Source: Octopus vulgaris (Eukaryota). Taken from it: a stretch of 64,000 nucleotides of DNA. Position numbers and translations under genes: made by a program. The DNA is taken from contig OX597823.1 of assembly GCA_951406725.2 (NCBI GenBank), positions 88,598,001-88,662,000 of the forward strand, read 5' to 3'. The notes beneath the pieces were generated by a model, which ran no database searches, was not told where the DNA came from, and saw nothing but the letters and a program-made list of their open reading frames with translations. Below are positions 1 to 14,270 of the stretch, piece after piece; the stretch's first letter is position 1, and each line of letters begins with the position of its first letter.

Positions 1-444
1 TTGACACTTGTGGAATAACATAGACCATGACTTTAACTATTACAGGTTAAAATTTAACACAGAGTATTTGGTCCCTCGAAAGGTATGGTATATGAATATG
101 AGGGATTGCAATTTATTTTTTAAAATTTCTAAGCTGACATAATGAAACTACAATATTACTCATCGTAAGACCGGTATATTTCGAAGTATATTAGTGCTGT
201 TCTGGAACCAATCAGGAAGTGGGACATTCATACAATGATTATTATTAAACATTGAAAACGAATTTCTTATTGCTTATACAAAATGATGAAATGCATAATA
301 ATTTTCCGAAGAAATTTTGTTCTCACCTTAAAATAGAATTAAAATAATATGAATTTTTCATTTTTATAGTTGCAATAAGCAAGTTATTAATTTTCTAAAT
401 TTCATCAACTTAATGGCGAACTCTTCCGTGGTAAAAACGCATTC

Positions 445-791
445 TTTTACTTGTTTCAGTCATTTGACTGTGTCTATGCTGGAGCACCGCCCTTAGTCAA
501 GCAAATCGACCTCAGGACATACTTTCTAAGCCTAGTACTTACTATATCGGTGTATTTTGCCAAACTGGTAAGTTAGTGGGACGTAAAAACACCAACATCG
601 GTTATCAACCGATGGTGACGGGGACAAACACAGACGCACATATACATGTATGTATATATATATATATACAGGCTTTGGTCGGTCCGAGGCTATAGTAGAA
701 GACACTTGCTCAAGATGTCACGAAGCGGGACTGAACTTGGAACTATTTGGTTGGTAAGTAAACTGGTAAGTAAACTACTTACCACACAGCC
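445..791 (-). mobile_element. tRNA-derived SINE, family A (CORE-like, OR2-type), diverged copy
   Basis: Reverse complement of the 32335-32735 copy: 3' end TTACTTGTTTCAGTCATTTGACTG..GCTGGAGCACCGCC, body ACACTTGCTCAAG, head ..ACCACACAGCC; internal 12-bp duplication TGGTAAGTAAAC. Confidence 0.85.
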
Positions 792-954
792 AATCCTACG
801 TGTATTTTTTCAGAAGGTTTTCTGCAATTCTTGTGTTAATTCCTTCTCATCCTCTCTCAAAACTAGTGATTGTCAACCAGGATCTATATGGCCCCTGGGC
901 GTCGATATAAGATTCTGTTTATATGCAATAAACTTGGTATACTTCTAGATTACA

Positions 955-1310
955 TTCCTTTTTATTTGCTTCAGTCATTTGATAGCCGCCATGATGGGCA
1001 CCGCTAGTCGAACAAACTTCCCCAAGAACTTATTTTTTAAAAGCCTAGTACTCATTGTATCGTTTTATTTGGGGGTGGGGGCAACCGCTATGTTACAGGG
1101 TCGGAAACACACCAACACCGGTTATCTCGTTGGTGAGAAAACACAGACACAAAGGCACACACACACACAGACAGATTGACAGAAAGACACAGCTTTAGAC
1201 GGCCCGAGGCTACAGAAGAAAGCACTTGCCCAAAATCTCACCCAGTTGGACTGAACTCTGAACAGTGTGCTGGGGAAGTAAGGTTCTTAACATACAGCAA
1301 TGCCTGCGCC
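955..1310 (-). mobile_element. SINE family A, diverged copy
   Basis: Same blocks as 445-791: TTCAGTCATTTGATAGCCGCCATG, GCCTAGTACT, CCCGAGGCTACAGAAGAAAGCACTTGCCCAA, GGACTGAACTCTGAAC. Confidence 0.8.
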
Positions 1311-1880
1311 TGTTTTAACAATTTTTTTAATCTTATACAATTCTTAATAATATTTAATTATGAAAACGTATTATTTTTTTTAATATGAAATGGCTAAGAG
1401 GACACAGTCGAGTAAAATATGGATCAAAGTGATCAAATTTTTTGTTTTAAAGTGAAGAATCAACGGAAATGCAAGACCCAGGAATTCATAGTGCACAACG
1501 GAACAGAGGCAACCTTAGAATCTCTGAAGCCATCCTCATACACCAAAAGAAACCTAAAATCAACAATAGAAGGGAGTTACGTGAAGCTATCTGGTTGCTA
1601 TGGCAACACTATTCTGCGCGTGTCCGCTCCACACACGCCCACATACACACGCACATTGGCATCATTAGTCAATTTCTTGAAAATGGGTTCATAACCACGA
1701 AATATTGAATACAAGGTTAGTGTACATTAATTCCCATATTTGTTTGCTTATGATTTACTTTGCATTTACTTCGCATTGTTTTGGCTTTAACCACGATCAA
1801 TATATTCTACACAATACTTCATAGTAATTATTTTACATATATATAAATATATATGTATGTGTGTGAGAGAGAGAGTGTAT

Positions 1881-2038
1881 GGCGGACTTCTTTCAGTTTC
1901 CGTCTACCAGACTCATTCAGAAGGCTTTGCTTGACCCGCAGCTGTAGTAGAAGATAGTCGCCCAAGGTGCCACTCAACGGAATTGAACCCAGGATCAAGT
2001 GGCTGTGAAGCAAATTAACAGGCAGCCAAGCCTGCACC
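1881..2038 (-). mobile_element. SINE family A, 5' half
   Basis: CTTCTTTCAGTTTCCGTCTACCA...GCCCAAGGTGCCAC...GAATTGAACCCAGG matches the reverse complement of 32340-32490. Confidence 0.8.
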
Positions 2039-2042
2039 TATG

Positions 2043-2081
<39 letters not shown>

Positions 2082-2909
2082 GTATATAAAAGTTAAACTT
2101 TTTACTAAACATTTATGTGTGTATACTTATATATATGAAAGGGTATTGCCGTATAAAATGCAATCAAAGAAGGATAAAAGGAGACCATATTTATTTATCC
2201 CAAGCACGTGTACAATGTATAGCGGAAAAAATGGGAAATCTTTCGTGCTCAGCAATCAAAAACATGTATGAATGAATGATAATCCATATAGACATGTTCG
2301 CAGTAGATTTTCTACTTCTTTTACATTCCTAAGTATTCTAGTTCATAAGAAGGTATTCTGATTAATAAGGCAACCAACACTTCCAACAGATTCACAATTC
2401 ATTATATTTTTTCACATCATGTTATATTATCGAAGTTGCTCCTTTGCTCCGCCTGTACATTTTTCTATATATTAAAAAAAAGCAAAAATATCACTGTTTT
2501 TATGATGTTTTTGCTGCTTTTTATTAAAGCATATTATTCTACCTCCGGTATTCGAGTACTATTTTTCCGAACTGGTTTCATATTTATGTGTTTACTCTGG
2601 TGTATATGTGTGTGTACACACACACATGCATATATATATATACACACACACACACAGACAGGTGCATATATATATATATATACATAGACAGAGAGAGCTC
2701 TAAGTATATATAATTATGATTCATCCAAGACTAATATCACATATATGTTCAACATTCTTGCGTGTTCATAAATTTCTCATATATATATATATATATATAT
2801 ATGCATATATGAATGTATGTATGTAGGTATGAACATGTACACATGTATATGCGCACGTGTCTCTCCGTCTGCCTGATTTTCTGACTGTTATGTCTGTAGT
2901 TATAAATAT

Positions 2910-2952
<43 letters not shown>

Positions 2953-4988
2953 TACATATATATAAGCATGTATGATGTATGAGTCTACGACTGTAACAGC
3001 GTTTGTAATTTATCAGTTACATTATGCCTGGACAACTGCTGCGTACGTAAGACGTCAAAGATATCATTTCATAACCAAAGACATGTCAACACTAGAAGGG
3101 GGTATTATTATATGTCAGTACATATGTCGCCGCCACATAATCATGAAATGCATTCATATCCATATACTCATGTGGATATACACATGTATGCATCCATACG
3201 TACTTAACAATTACATCTATGTATACCTATAGTCATGCATCCATACTTTCGTATACGTATGCATCATTCCAACCGTCTGTCCATTCATTCATCCAACCCT
3301 CCATTTTTCCTCTCTATACAGACATAGAATGCATAAGTACTCACATACAGGCTTTCATCCATCCACCCATACATTCATACATACACGGTTGCATGCATGT
3401 ATGCATACGTATGATACATACCTGCATATATGCATACATATATACATACATATACAAACATACATAATACATACATACATATTAGATACATACGTACGTA
3501 CGTACGTACATACATATATACATACATACATACATACATACATACACACACACATACACATACATACATACATACATACATACGTACAGACATGCATACA
3601 AACATACAGATTACATACATAATACAATTAGATGGCTACAGATTCAGTCAATCACTGGAACGGTAAAAACCTGTAAAGAAACTTTCTAGAAGTTTATCAT
3701 TTAAATATGTATGAGCATGTCTACATATGCAACTATAAACATGAGAATACATACATAAAAGGAAACATACAAATCTGCACATATACATACATACATACAT
3801 ACAAAAATACCTTGCTTTTGATGTTGAGCTTCCAATGGAGAAGCATTTGATCTAGGTTAGAAACCGTCTCTATCTCTATTAGCAAAAAATCTTGAAATAA
3901 AACTGAACATTCAGATGCGTGCATACCCACCCATGCACACATATACATACATTACTATATACATAGATGATGGCTGCTAAATTGCAAATGAGTACATTCT
4001 TCACTGGCAATGCAATGCTTGTCCAAAATTGTGGTTCCAATAAGGATTGCACAATACCTCGTAGACCCTCTTTTCCCTATTGGCATTACCTAGAGTCAAA
4101 TCAAGGCAGGATATCTAATGCCAAGATAGGTCGTAGTGTGTGTAATATGGGGGTGTTATGAACTCAAGTGCAAGTAAAAGATTCTCGAATTATCCAGTGC
4201 CATTCATTGCATATCAGGCTCAATATCAGAATGACTGTCTCCTAGCGACATGCTTTAAAAAAACACTGAGGACACCTCATTCCTATCAAGCCGGACACCA
4301 AAAACCGGTGCTATTCCTAGATAGTCGGATTCCTAGATAATCGATTGCCCGTGCTATTCGTAGGTGGTCGATTTACCTACACTGGATTCATCTGTCGTTT
4401 TGACAGGTCATGTTTTTTCGTCCGCTTCCTCTTCAAGGAAGACCAGGCTAGCCTGGTGCGGTGACGTTTTAGTCATTGACGACCCGGTCATGCTATAGAT
4501 TGTAATGGATACCATTTTAACAGTGGTACTCGAGATAGTACGCACAAGAGGCATTACAAGTGATCTGTCATACCTACAAACACACATACTTATATACATG
4601 CATACATACTTATATACATGCATACTCCAAATACTCTACACCTACATGAATACATGCAAAATTACCCTGTTGATGTTCAAATTCCCCCAAAAAGTTACTT
4701 CGATCTAAATTGGAAACCGGCTCTTTCTCTATTGGCGAGAAATCTTGAAATAAAACTGTTGAAACACTACTGTTACAACCTGGGACCTTGAAGACTGCTA
4801 TAATGCATGAAAGTATATTAGTACCCTGATATTTTTTATTCAACATTTCATCTGTTCAATAAGACAGTCAATACTTCATTTTATTTTACTATATATATAT
4901 ATTATTTATACTATATATTCTATATTCTACATTAATATTATAAAGAATATAAGACATAAAAAACACAGAGTTGGAACTTCTTTGAATA

Positions 4989-5024
<36 letters not shown>

Positions 5025-5158
5025 TATGTGTATATGTACGTATATATGTATGCATACATACATATACACATATCATATATAACGGGAAGCTTTATGAAAA
5101 TAGACAAAAGACGAAGGCAGGTGGGAAACAAACAAACAATTCTATTAGTATGGCGCTC

Positions 5159-5190
<32 letters not shown>

Positions 5191-5212
5191 GCATGTATGT
5201 ATATATATATAA

Positions 5213-5415
5213 AGTTAATCCAAACAAGAAAACACAAAAAAACAACAACGCGAGGACGTGGAACAAATAAAGTATTATTGGACGCTCAGGAAAGAAGGGA
5301 AGAAGGAGGGTTTAACGTTTCGAGCGGAGCTCTTCGTCGGAGACAAAGGAGAAGGAAAGATCCCGAGAAGGGAAGACAGAGGAAAAAAATCGCCAGCGGT
5401 ACTCACGAGGTCACA
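5213..5415 (-). mobile_element. Short repeat with minimal hammerhead-like motif (Penelope-like terminal fragment), copy 1
   Basis: Closely matches 27666-27830 (AGTTAATCCAAACAAGAAA..CAACAACGCGAGGACGTGGAACAAATA..GTATTATTGGACGCTCAGGAAAG..GGGTTTAACGTTTCGA); starts at the edge of a TA/TATG tract. Confidence 0.75.
5310..5344 (-). ncRNA. Minimal type I hammerhead-like motif, U4C core variant
   Basis: Minus strand: GUCU CCGACGA A GAGC-UCC-GCUC GAAA CG UU AAAC. Perfect 4-bp helix II, palindromic AACGUU in place of helix III, GUU triplet, helix I with one mismatch. Confidence 0.55.
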
Positions 5416-6331
5416 TATATGATATATATGAGTGTCTATGTATGTATGTATGTACGCGTACATACTTGCATATATTCACACACATATAAAGAAGATATGT
5501 AAGACTTTACAGGAGTAACTAGACATTCAATTACATTTATGAATCATATGCATAAAGCAGGCACAGCTCTGCACACTTACTGACAAAACATACTTCCTAT
5601 ATCCACACGTACAACTACACCTGACCTTGCTGATGACATTAAAATGCTAATGAAAGAGCCTTGGTTGCAGGTTAGAAACTGCCTCTATTTCCGTTGGCGA
5701 GAAATCTAGAAATAAAACTAAATAATAAAATACATATTTATACTATGTAAAACACTTCAACTGTCAGTGACCACTTTGAATCTAATAACAGCTTAAAGAT
5801 ATCTCAAAGTACAGCATACATGCCTGATTTCATGTAGAATATTTCAGTGTCGCCATTCAGTTAAATCTGACTCTTTATCCAACACCGTTTTTCGATACAT
5901 AATAGTCTCATATAATTGACCTTTCTTATTCAACAAACGGAAAATCGTTATCTGTCAGCCGTGGTGATTGGATGATGAGTGTAGGTGAATGCATAAGAGA
6001 ATGTCTCACAGAGCGAATTATCTTCTTCCAGTGCTTCTTCTGTCTATCACCTATCTACGTATTTCAATTCAAAGGGCCAACGAGCAGAGATATCCTTAAC
6101 ACGGTCACTCGGTCAACTCTCCTCAAACCACATCATATGATTAAAAAGAAAGAATTATTGGATTACTTTGACTTACGTAGACTATATGTGAATATAAGTC
6201 ACGGCTGGAAAATCTTTGATCATAGTTGGGATCGATCAGGATGGCCATGGGGTTATTAGACATCAATAAAAATGTCTATTGTTATTATCATCATCATTAT
6301 CACCATCATCAGCGTCATTATTATCATTGTT

Positions 6332-7020
6332 AAGGCGGCCAGCTGGCAGAATCTTTAACACGTCGGGTAAATACTTAGCGACATTTCGTTCGTCTTTACG
6401 TTCTGAGTTCGAAATCTGCCGAGGTCGACCTTGCATTTCATCTTTTCGGGGTCGATGAAACAGTTACCAGTTAAACACTGGGGCCGAAGTAATCGATGTA
6501 TCCACCCCACCCACCCCCGCTGGAATTTGTGGCATTGTGCCAAAATTTCAATCCGCTATTGTTGTCATTGTTAATGTTAATATTAATATGGTGAGTTGGT
6601 AGAATCGTAACCGCACTGGTTAGCGGCATTTCTTCTGACTTTACGTTCTGAGTTCAAATCCGAACGATGCCAATATTGCCGTTCATCCTTTCGGGGTCGA
6701 TAAAATGGTGTACCCGTCATGTACTGGTATCGATATAATTCACTAATCTGCAGCTCTCAAAACTGCTGGTCTTTGTACTTAAAGCAGAAAATATGATAAT
6801 TATTAAGGCGGCAAGTTAGTAGAATTGCTAGCGCGTCGTACAAAATAGTCAACGGCAATTTTCTTCTGGCTCTTTATGCTGTGAGTCGAAATTCCACTGA
6901 GGCTAGCTTGACTTTATATTCCTTGGGAATCAATAAATTACCAATAAATAACTAGGGTCGACGGTATCGATGAAATTCCCCGGTTATATTCCTGGACTTG
7001 TGCCAAAATTTTAAAGAATT
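6332..7020 (+). mobile_element. Three head-to-tail SINE family B copies (6332-6550, 6590-6790, 6805-7020)
   Basis: Each has (AAGGCGGCGAGCTGG)CAGAATCG..GTTCTGAGTTC(A/G)AAT..GAGGTCGAC..TTCATCCTTTCGGGGTCGAT..TACCAGT..CACTGG..TTGTGCC with variation, separated by ATT/ATC-rich spacers. Confidence 0.85.
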
Positions 7021-7399
7021 ATGTTTTTTATCATAATTATTATCATTATTATTATAATTACATTTTGGCTGTCTTTTAATTTCTGCAATTTGTTCTCATG
7101 TCTCAACAAGGCCAACAAGATTTTGCATCTTGAAGATACTGACAATTGAGATACCAAGCATCTCAATTGTTGTTGTTCTTGTTCCTGCTGTTGATTTGAT
7201 TCAGTTTCGTTCCTTATTCCTATATGTGGTATGCGGATTATTGCCTAACACATGCTAACACATGCAACCTGGTCTTAACTGATTGGATGTGCTTATATGT
7301 ACATGACAGACATTATCTAGTATTGCATTATTATCATTATAAAATTGCTGACCTTGTGCCAAAATTTGAAATCCTTATTATCATTATTATTATTGGTAA

Positions 7400-7618
7400 T
7401 GTGGCGAGCTGGCAGAGACTTTAGCCCACCGGGCAAAATTCTTAGCGACATTTGGTCCGTTTTTATATTCTAAGTTCAAATTCCACCGTGGTCGACCCTG
7501 TCATTCATCCTTTCGGGGTCGATAAATTAAGTACCAGTGAAACACTGGGGGCGATGTAATCGCCTAGTCCCTTCCACAAAATTTCAGACATTGTGTCTAT
7601 AGTACAAAGGATTATTAT
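7400..7618 (+). mobile_element. SINE family B copy
   Basis: GTGGCGAGCTGGCAGA..AGTTCAAATTCCACCGTGGTCGAC..TTCATCCTTTCGGGGTCGATAAATTAAGTACCAGTGAAACACTGGGG; ATT tail. Confidence 0.85.
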
Positions 7619-8554
7619 TACAATTGGTGGTCAGGGGTATCTTGGACAGTGGGGTTCATCGATTATCTCTAGAGGTCATCCTGTATCAAGAGGGCTCATC
7701 TCTATCCTTCCGTCCCACACTTTTTTTTCTTCAAATCTCTCTACACTATGTATATTTCCCTTCCTTTTCTTTGTATACCGAGTATACTTATTATTATTTT
7801 TGTTTCTTTTTTCATTTAATTATTTCATCATTTCATTATGTCTGTCTTTGTATTGCTCCCTCGCCTTTCCCCTACTGGCAAATAAATGAAATATCATCAT
7901 TATTATTATTATTATTATTATTAATATTTTTATTATTATTATTGAACCCGCCGCCTATGTGGACAAACAAAAAAAACAAAATTTTTGGTTTTGTTGTTTG
8001 CAGTTCTTTGTGGTTCAGACAAAATCCTGATATTATATTTATGTACTGTTAAAGAGAAAATTACTCTTTTATAACTGAGACTATTCGGCTTCTGGTGAGA
8101 AATGAAAATAGGTTGCAGACTAGACTTAATTCATTGGCTTCTTATCTAATCTTCTATGGAATCCACGCTGTATTTCGCAGCAGCCCATTTTAAATGACTG
8201 TGGATATGCCGAATCGATAGCCTAAAAGACAACTAGAATAGCGGTCGACAGATTCTGCTATGTAATCTCCGTTTTTATGTGTCCATAACTAAGTGTTCGA
8301 TAAAAACTGAACAGGGTCATTCCACGTTCATTTAGCCACATGTAAACATTGCAGGAAGTGTGTAATTTAAAGCTATAGGAGGAGGCGCCTGTGAAACACT
8401 TTTAATTGATTCACACGCTTGCGTTACTGACATATGTGTAAATGAATGTAATTAGACTAGTATTTTATCTTATGTAGGATTACCAAGCCAGCCAGAGTTG
8501 TTCACTAGCCACAATATTGGTTATACGTGAAAGTCAATAATAATGATTGCATAG

Positions 8555-8717
8555 CTTTCGTCTTTACAATCTCCGTTGAAATTCCGCCGAGGTCGACTTT
8601 GCATTTTATCTTTTCGGGGTCGATGAAATAAATACCAGTTGAACACAGGGATAAATGTACTGGATTAGCACCCCTACCCGACAATATTAAGACTTGTGCC
8701 TATAGCAGAAAGTATTA
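8555..8717 (+). mobile_element. SINE family B, 5'-truncated
   Basis: AAATTCCGCCGAGGTCGACTTTGCATTTTATCTTTTCGGGGTCGATGAAATAAATACCAGTTG..TTGTGCCTATAGCAGAAAG. Confidence 0.8.
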
Positions 8718-10041
8718 TCTAACTGTTGTCCCTCTTCTTTTTGTAAAGTTAATAATTTACTGAAAAGTAACGCAATGCTTGATGCACACTACATTCATGA
8801 TCTCGTCCTACTGATGAAATTCAATAAGGTCGAAATTGCAGTTATATACAACTTTTAACGATACAATGATTAAGAGAAAAATTAAAAGAAAATTTAGTCA
8901 AATGAACACACAAAAATAATTCACTTCATTAGTTTTACACTTGATTAAAAAGAAAATATGTAAATTATATATTCGTAGGAAGGAGATTCATACTATAGGT
9001 AGGTCTTTTCAACACTATGCGATCACCATAATTACTTCGGTAAAAAAAAAAAGACCAACTCAGAGATTACATTGAGTAACTACTAGTAATGCCTTAAATT
9101 CCCACACTTTCGCGTCATCAGGCCGAGTACCAGAGACCGGTGTGTTTCTCGACAGAGCTATATTGCTTGACAAGTATTTTTTTTTTTGCCTTTCTTCGGG
9201 CATTTTTTACAAGTCATCATATTTTCAGCTAGATACATAGACGTTTGCTACACCTGCCTTGCAACTTAGGACCCGAAAACTGGAACAAATCCCGCAACCA
9301 GAAAACGGTAGTGTAAAAGCCTTTAAGTTTACCCCTTGTCCACCATCTTAGATTGTTGAATAATTTTATCGATCTCGGATGGCTAAATGGGACATTTAAG
9401 ATAGAAAAGATTTTTTCTTATTTTTTGTTACACAAAGTGAGATAAATGTTTCCAACGCAAGGAATTCGAAAATACCTTCAGGTTCCAATCTTGTGGAAAG
9501 CTACAGAGTGACTGTGGCTCTGCTAGAAATTGAAGTTAAGTACCCCTAAAAACGTGCCATATTTGAAAAAATCGAGAGACATTGGATGAGATTGTTTGGA
9601 GAAAATGCTTGCAAATGAGATAGGAGGGTCATGGCCGGAATACTTTGTTATTAGGTATGCATGATCAGAGCTAAATAACGACTGCATTTACGTCATTCAC
9701 TGCGATAGCTTAATATTGATTTCTCAAAGCTGGCAAGAAGAATTGACACTCTTTGCTAAGCGAATGAATTCCCGCGTCTTATTTCTTTTTTTTTTTTGTT
9801 TTTGTTTTTCTCATTATTATTGTATTTATATTTTATTGTTATTTCATTTATTTTCTTTCTAGAAAACATTTAATAAAAATGGAAAGCAATTTAAACAAAA
9901 GCAATGTATGTCAAACGAAATGATTTCAACCGGAATTGAAAATTGAAACCGACGTGTGTGTGTGTGTATGTGTGTAAGCGCATAATTTTATACACACACA
10001 CATATATATATATATATAATATATACAGTACATACAAACAT

Positions 10042-10094
<53 letters not shown>

Positions 10095-10366
10095 AGTGTG
10101 TATGTATTGTATATATGCATATAGATAGATAGATGTATATCTACGCATTTTTCTATCTGTATGTGTGTGTGTGTGTGAGTGTGTGCATAAAAGCTTCATA
10201 CTTATGTTTAGTATGAAAATATTAACCCTTGGAGAAGATGTGAAATGATTTAAATTATTTTTAATAGAAGGAACAAATAACTATCGGAATCCCAAAACAA
10301 ATAGAAAGCTTCAATAGTAAAAAGGTAAGATCGAGCTTTACCTGCGGGATTCCAAACCACGTATCT

Positions 10367-10644
<278 letters not shown>

Positions 10645-10825
10645 ATTCATAAATGGGATCTTTTTGTTACAGATATAGATATATGCGTATGTGTTTGTGT
10701 AAGTGTGTTTGAGGTGGGGTAGGTGCCTGGGTGTGATCAGAATTTAATTCTTCTCCTCTTTCGAAATTCGTTTCTCTAATTATACATTGATTGATTATTT
10801 ATTGCCTGCGCATACGAAATCCTAC

Positions 10826-10994
10826 CCTCAGCCACAAATATATGATGCTGGCCGAGAGAGAGATGTGCTTGTGTAACAGTTGCTATCGTTCATATGTTCA
10901 GCGTTTGTAGCGCAAGTGATGCAGTGAATTGACTTCTCGCCAGAAGCTAAATCAACTTGCAGATAATGTCCCACTCGGCGCCTAACTCTTGGCT
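10826..10994 (-). other. Possible exon (unique sequence with splice-like borders)
   Basis: Minus strand: TTCCATATTCTCAG|AGCCAAGAG...GCTGAGG|GTAGGA. No recognisable protein; the longest frame ends in TGA just before the donor. Confidence 0.2.
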
Positions 10995-11613
10995 CTGAGA
11001 ATATGGAAATATGCAATGAAGTATTTAAATAATTTAAATGGTTTTCTAATAGAGATTTTACACACTTAACACGTATATATATACATGGACACGCACACAC
11101 ATACGCGCACATGCACACACACACAGACACACACACACACATAAGTATACATATGCACTGCCAATTATTGATTGTGGTTAACCTTGTTCAAAATGGACGA
11201 ACACCTTTTGCACACATACTCACGCACACTCTCACATATGCATATGTATGTGTGTGTATGTAAGTATATGCGTCAAAGTGTATGTATGTATGTATATATA
11301 TATGTATATAAATGTATGCAATTTTAAACACTATTGGATTTTACTCATGAGGTATTAGAATCTTATATATATATACCATTCTGCCTAAATAATGAATCTA
11401 CAAATGCAATATCCCTGCATATCACACATCTATTTCCATTCCTCCACTTCATTCTCTATTTTGTATCTTATCTAAAATAACTATTGCTTAACCATCTTCT
11501 CACACCGTCTCTAATGAAGGGATATAATAAATATCCTAGAAGACCTATTTATATATGTTCTAAAATCTACACAGCCTTGTTTTTTTTTTATCTTATTACG
11601 GAAAAAATTATAC

Positions 11614-11648
<35 letters not shown>

Positions 11649-12227
11649 TACGTATATGCACACACACTTACGCACACAAACTCATACAAGATGGAGAGAA
11701 TCAGAGACAGATACGCACAAGCACACACAAGGAGTGATTTGTTTGTGCGGGGTGGGGTTATGACAGTGAGTGTGAGAACCTGTGTGTACTTGTGTGCGAG
11801 TGTATACGGACAGGTACAGCATTGGATGACAGACTGCTCCGATGAATTGAATTTGAAAAAAAAAATTCGCTTTTGTAAAATTTCAGACATCTGAGAAAGC
11901 CAAGACGCAAGCAAGCACGATAAAAGCAAATTCACAGATTCGCACGCTTGTTCACACAATGGCTTTTACGGATGCGAACATCAAAACACCTTTCACCAAT
12001 CACACAGTGATGCCTTTTAGAACACAGGTCAAGTAAAAGTTCCCTGCATTGCCTATACACATGAGTATTATTTGTCAATTTCTAATTTACTATTACTACT
12101 ACTACTACTTATTATTATTATTATTATTATAGACGTCGAACAGTATACAATATCGTGGCATTGTTGATTGAAGATATTGTGTCTACCGGAGATTTGTACT
12201 GTTTGTCAAGTCATAACATATTGTCAA

Positions 12228-12890
12228 TGCGACGCGCCGACAGAATTGTTAGCGCAGCATAGGACAAAATGTAATGCGGCATTGCTTCGGACCCTACATT
12301 CTGAGTTCAAATTCCACCGAGGTCAACTTTAAATTACATCCTTTCCGGGTCGATAAAATAAGTACCAGTTGAGCACCGGGGTTGGGGGTAATCTAGTATC
12401 ACCCTCCACCGAACTTGCCGGTCTCATTCTAAAATTCAAAGTCATTGCTGGTATTATAAATGCGATGCGCAGTCAGAATCGTTGGCGCACCGGAGAAAAG
12501 GCTTTCCCACATTTCTTCCGTCTCTTTACGTCATGAGTTCAAATTCTGCCAAGGTCGAGTTTGTCGTTAATCCTTTTGGTGTGGATAAAACAAAATTCTA
12601 TCAAGTAGTAGAATTAATATAATCTATTTGTCCCCCATCCCGCTACAGTTACTGACCTTGGGCCAAATTTGAAAGAATTATTTGAAAGAATTATTGAAAT
12701 AATTACTATAAATGTTAAGTCGGCGAGCTGAAAGAAACGCTAGAATGTTCGACAAAAATGATTTGCGGCATTTCTTCGGATTTCACATTCTGAGTTCAGA
12801 TTCCACCGAGGTCAACTTTACTTTTCACATCATTTTAGGGTCAATAAAATAAATACCAGTTCAACACTGGGTCGATCTAATTGATTTGTA
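12228..12890 (+). mobile_element. Three head-to-tail SINE family B copies (about 12228-12440, 12462-12680, 12720-12890)
   Basis: Repeated CAGAAT(T/C)GTT..TGAGTTCA(A/G)ATTC..AGGTC(A/G)A..GTC(G/A)ATAAAAT..TACCAGTT blocks, downstream of an (ACT)/(ATT) tract. Confidence 0.8.
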
Positions 12891-13551
12891 TTCTATCCAA
12901 GTAGTTATTTTTATTATTAATGTGTGTGTGTGTTTGCTTATGTATGTGGGGGGGTACATCTACATTGTGTGCACGAAAACATGCTCAAAGACAGGGAAAG
13001 GATTTGAATAGTAGACAAACGATGTAAAATGTTATCATTTGAAAGTACCATTTTTCATAACTCCTATACCTACTTTCACTTTCTCTATGGTGATTCATTT
13101 TTTCACTGCTCTCTTTACCACGCATGTACATATACATACGTGCGGTTACGCAGAGCGAAATCAGGCGCGTATACGCACAGAAGTCAAGTGAAATTTTCAT
13201 CTACCTTGCAAATGCGTATCCATATAATTGCATATTATGGATAGATGTACATTTATCCCAATGTACTCATGCATGTATCATCAAACAGCACACATATATA
13301 TATACATATATATATACATACATATATACATACCAACATACATACATACATACATACATACATACATACATACATACCAACATACATACATACGTACGTA
13401 CACACACACTGAACTTTATATATCTATATGCTGTTATATCAGTTCATTGTTTCATGCTAAGAATGTGTCTATCTTGCTATATTGTTACTATCAGTGAACC
13501 TGACTGACTCGCTTTTTTCTCTCTTTTCCACTCTGTTTCTCTCACTCTCTC

Positions 13552-13590
<39 letters not shown>

Positions 13591-13746
13591 TTTCTATCTG
13601 CTTAAATTAGTTCTTTCTTTCATTGTATGAGTTTTTATATATAGATAGATGTATGTCTAATATCCATCGATTTGTCTGCCAGTCAGTCAAGTATTGGCTG
13701 TCAGTCTCTGTCTTCTTTTCAGTGGCTTTCTCTTTCTGTATATGTG

Positions 13747-13778
13747 TATGTGTGTCTGCATGTTTATCTGTGGGTGCA

Positions 13779-13831
<53 letters not shown>

Positions 13832-13851
13832 TCACAGATAAACATGCAGAT

Positions 13852-13858
<7 letters not shown>
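13747..13858. repeat. 34-bp inverted repeat around a (TA)n spacer
   Basis: TATGTGTGTCTGCATGTTTATCTGTGGGTGCATA (13747-13780) versus TATGCACTCACAGATAAACATGCAGATACACATA (13825-13858); 2 differences. Confidence 0.85.
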
Positions 13859-13886
<28 letters not shown>

Positions 13887-13959
13887 CATACATGTATATG
13901 CATATAACATTGCATAAATATTTATATATACACACGTGTTTATGCATACACACACCAAC

Positions 13960-14270
<311 letters not shown>

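Larger units (their letters stand above)
3815..5730 (+). repeat. Three diverged ~90-bp dispersed repeats (3815-3910, 4668-4760, 5625-5730)
   Basis: Each reads ..TGATG..(AGGTTA/ATTG)GAAAC(C/T)G..TCT..TT(G/A)GC(G/A)A.AAATCT(T/A)GAAATAAAACT and follows CATA/CA-rich sequence. Confidence 0.75.

Noticed and set aside
3967-4571. GC-richer unique block as a gene or retroelement
   Set aside because: Frequent stops in the frames I translated and no motif I recognise; only a weak minus-strand acceptor near 4571.
8805-8850. CTGATGA..GGTCGAAATTGCAGTTA hammerhead-like string
   Set aside because: Helix II (AATTC/AGGTC) and helix I barely pair; at best a very old relic.
9085-9128. Minus-strand CTGATGA-CGC-GAAA
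   Set aside because: No helix II and the flanks do not pair as helix I; chance match.
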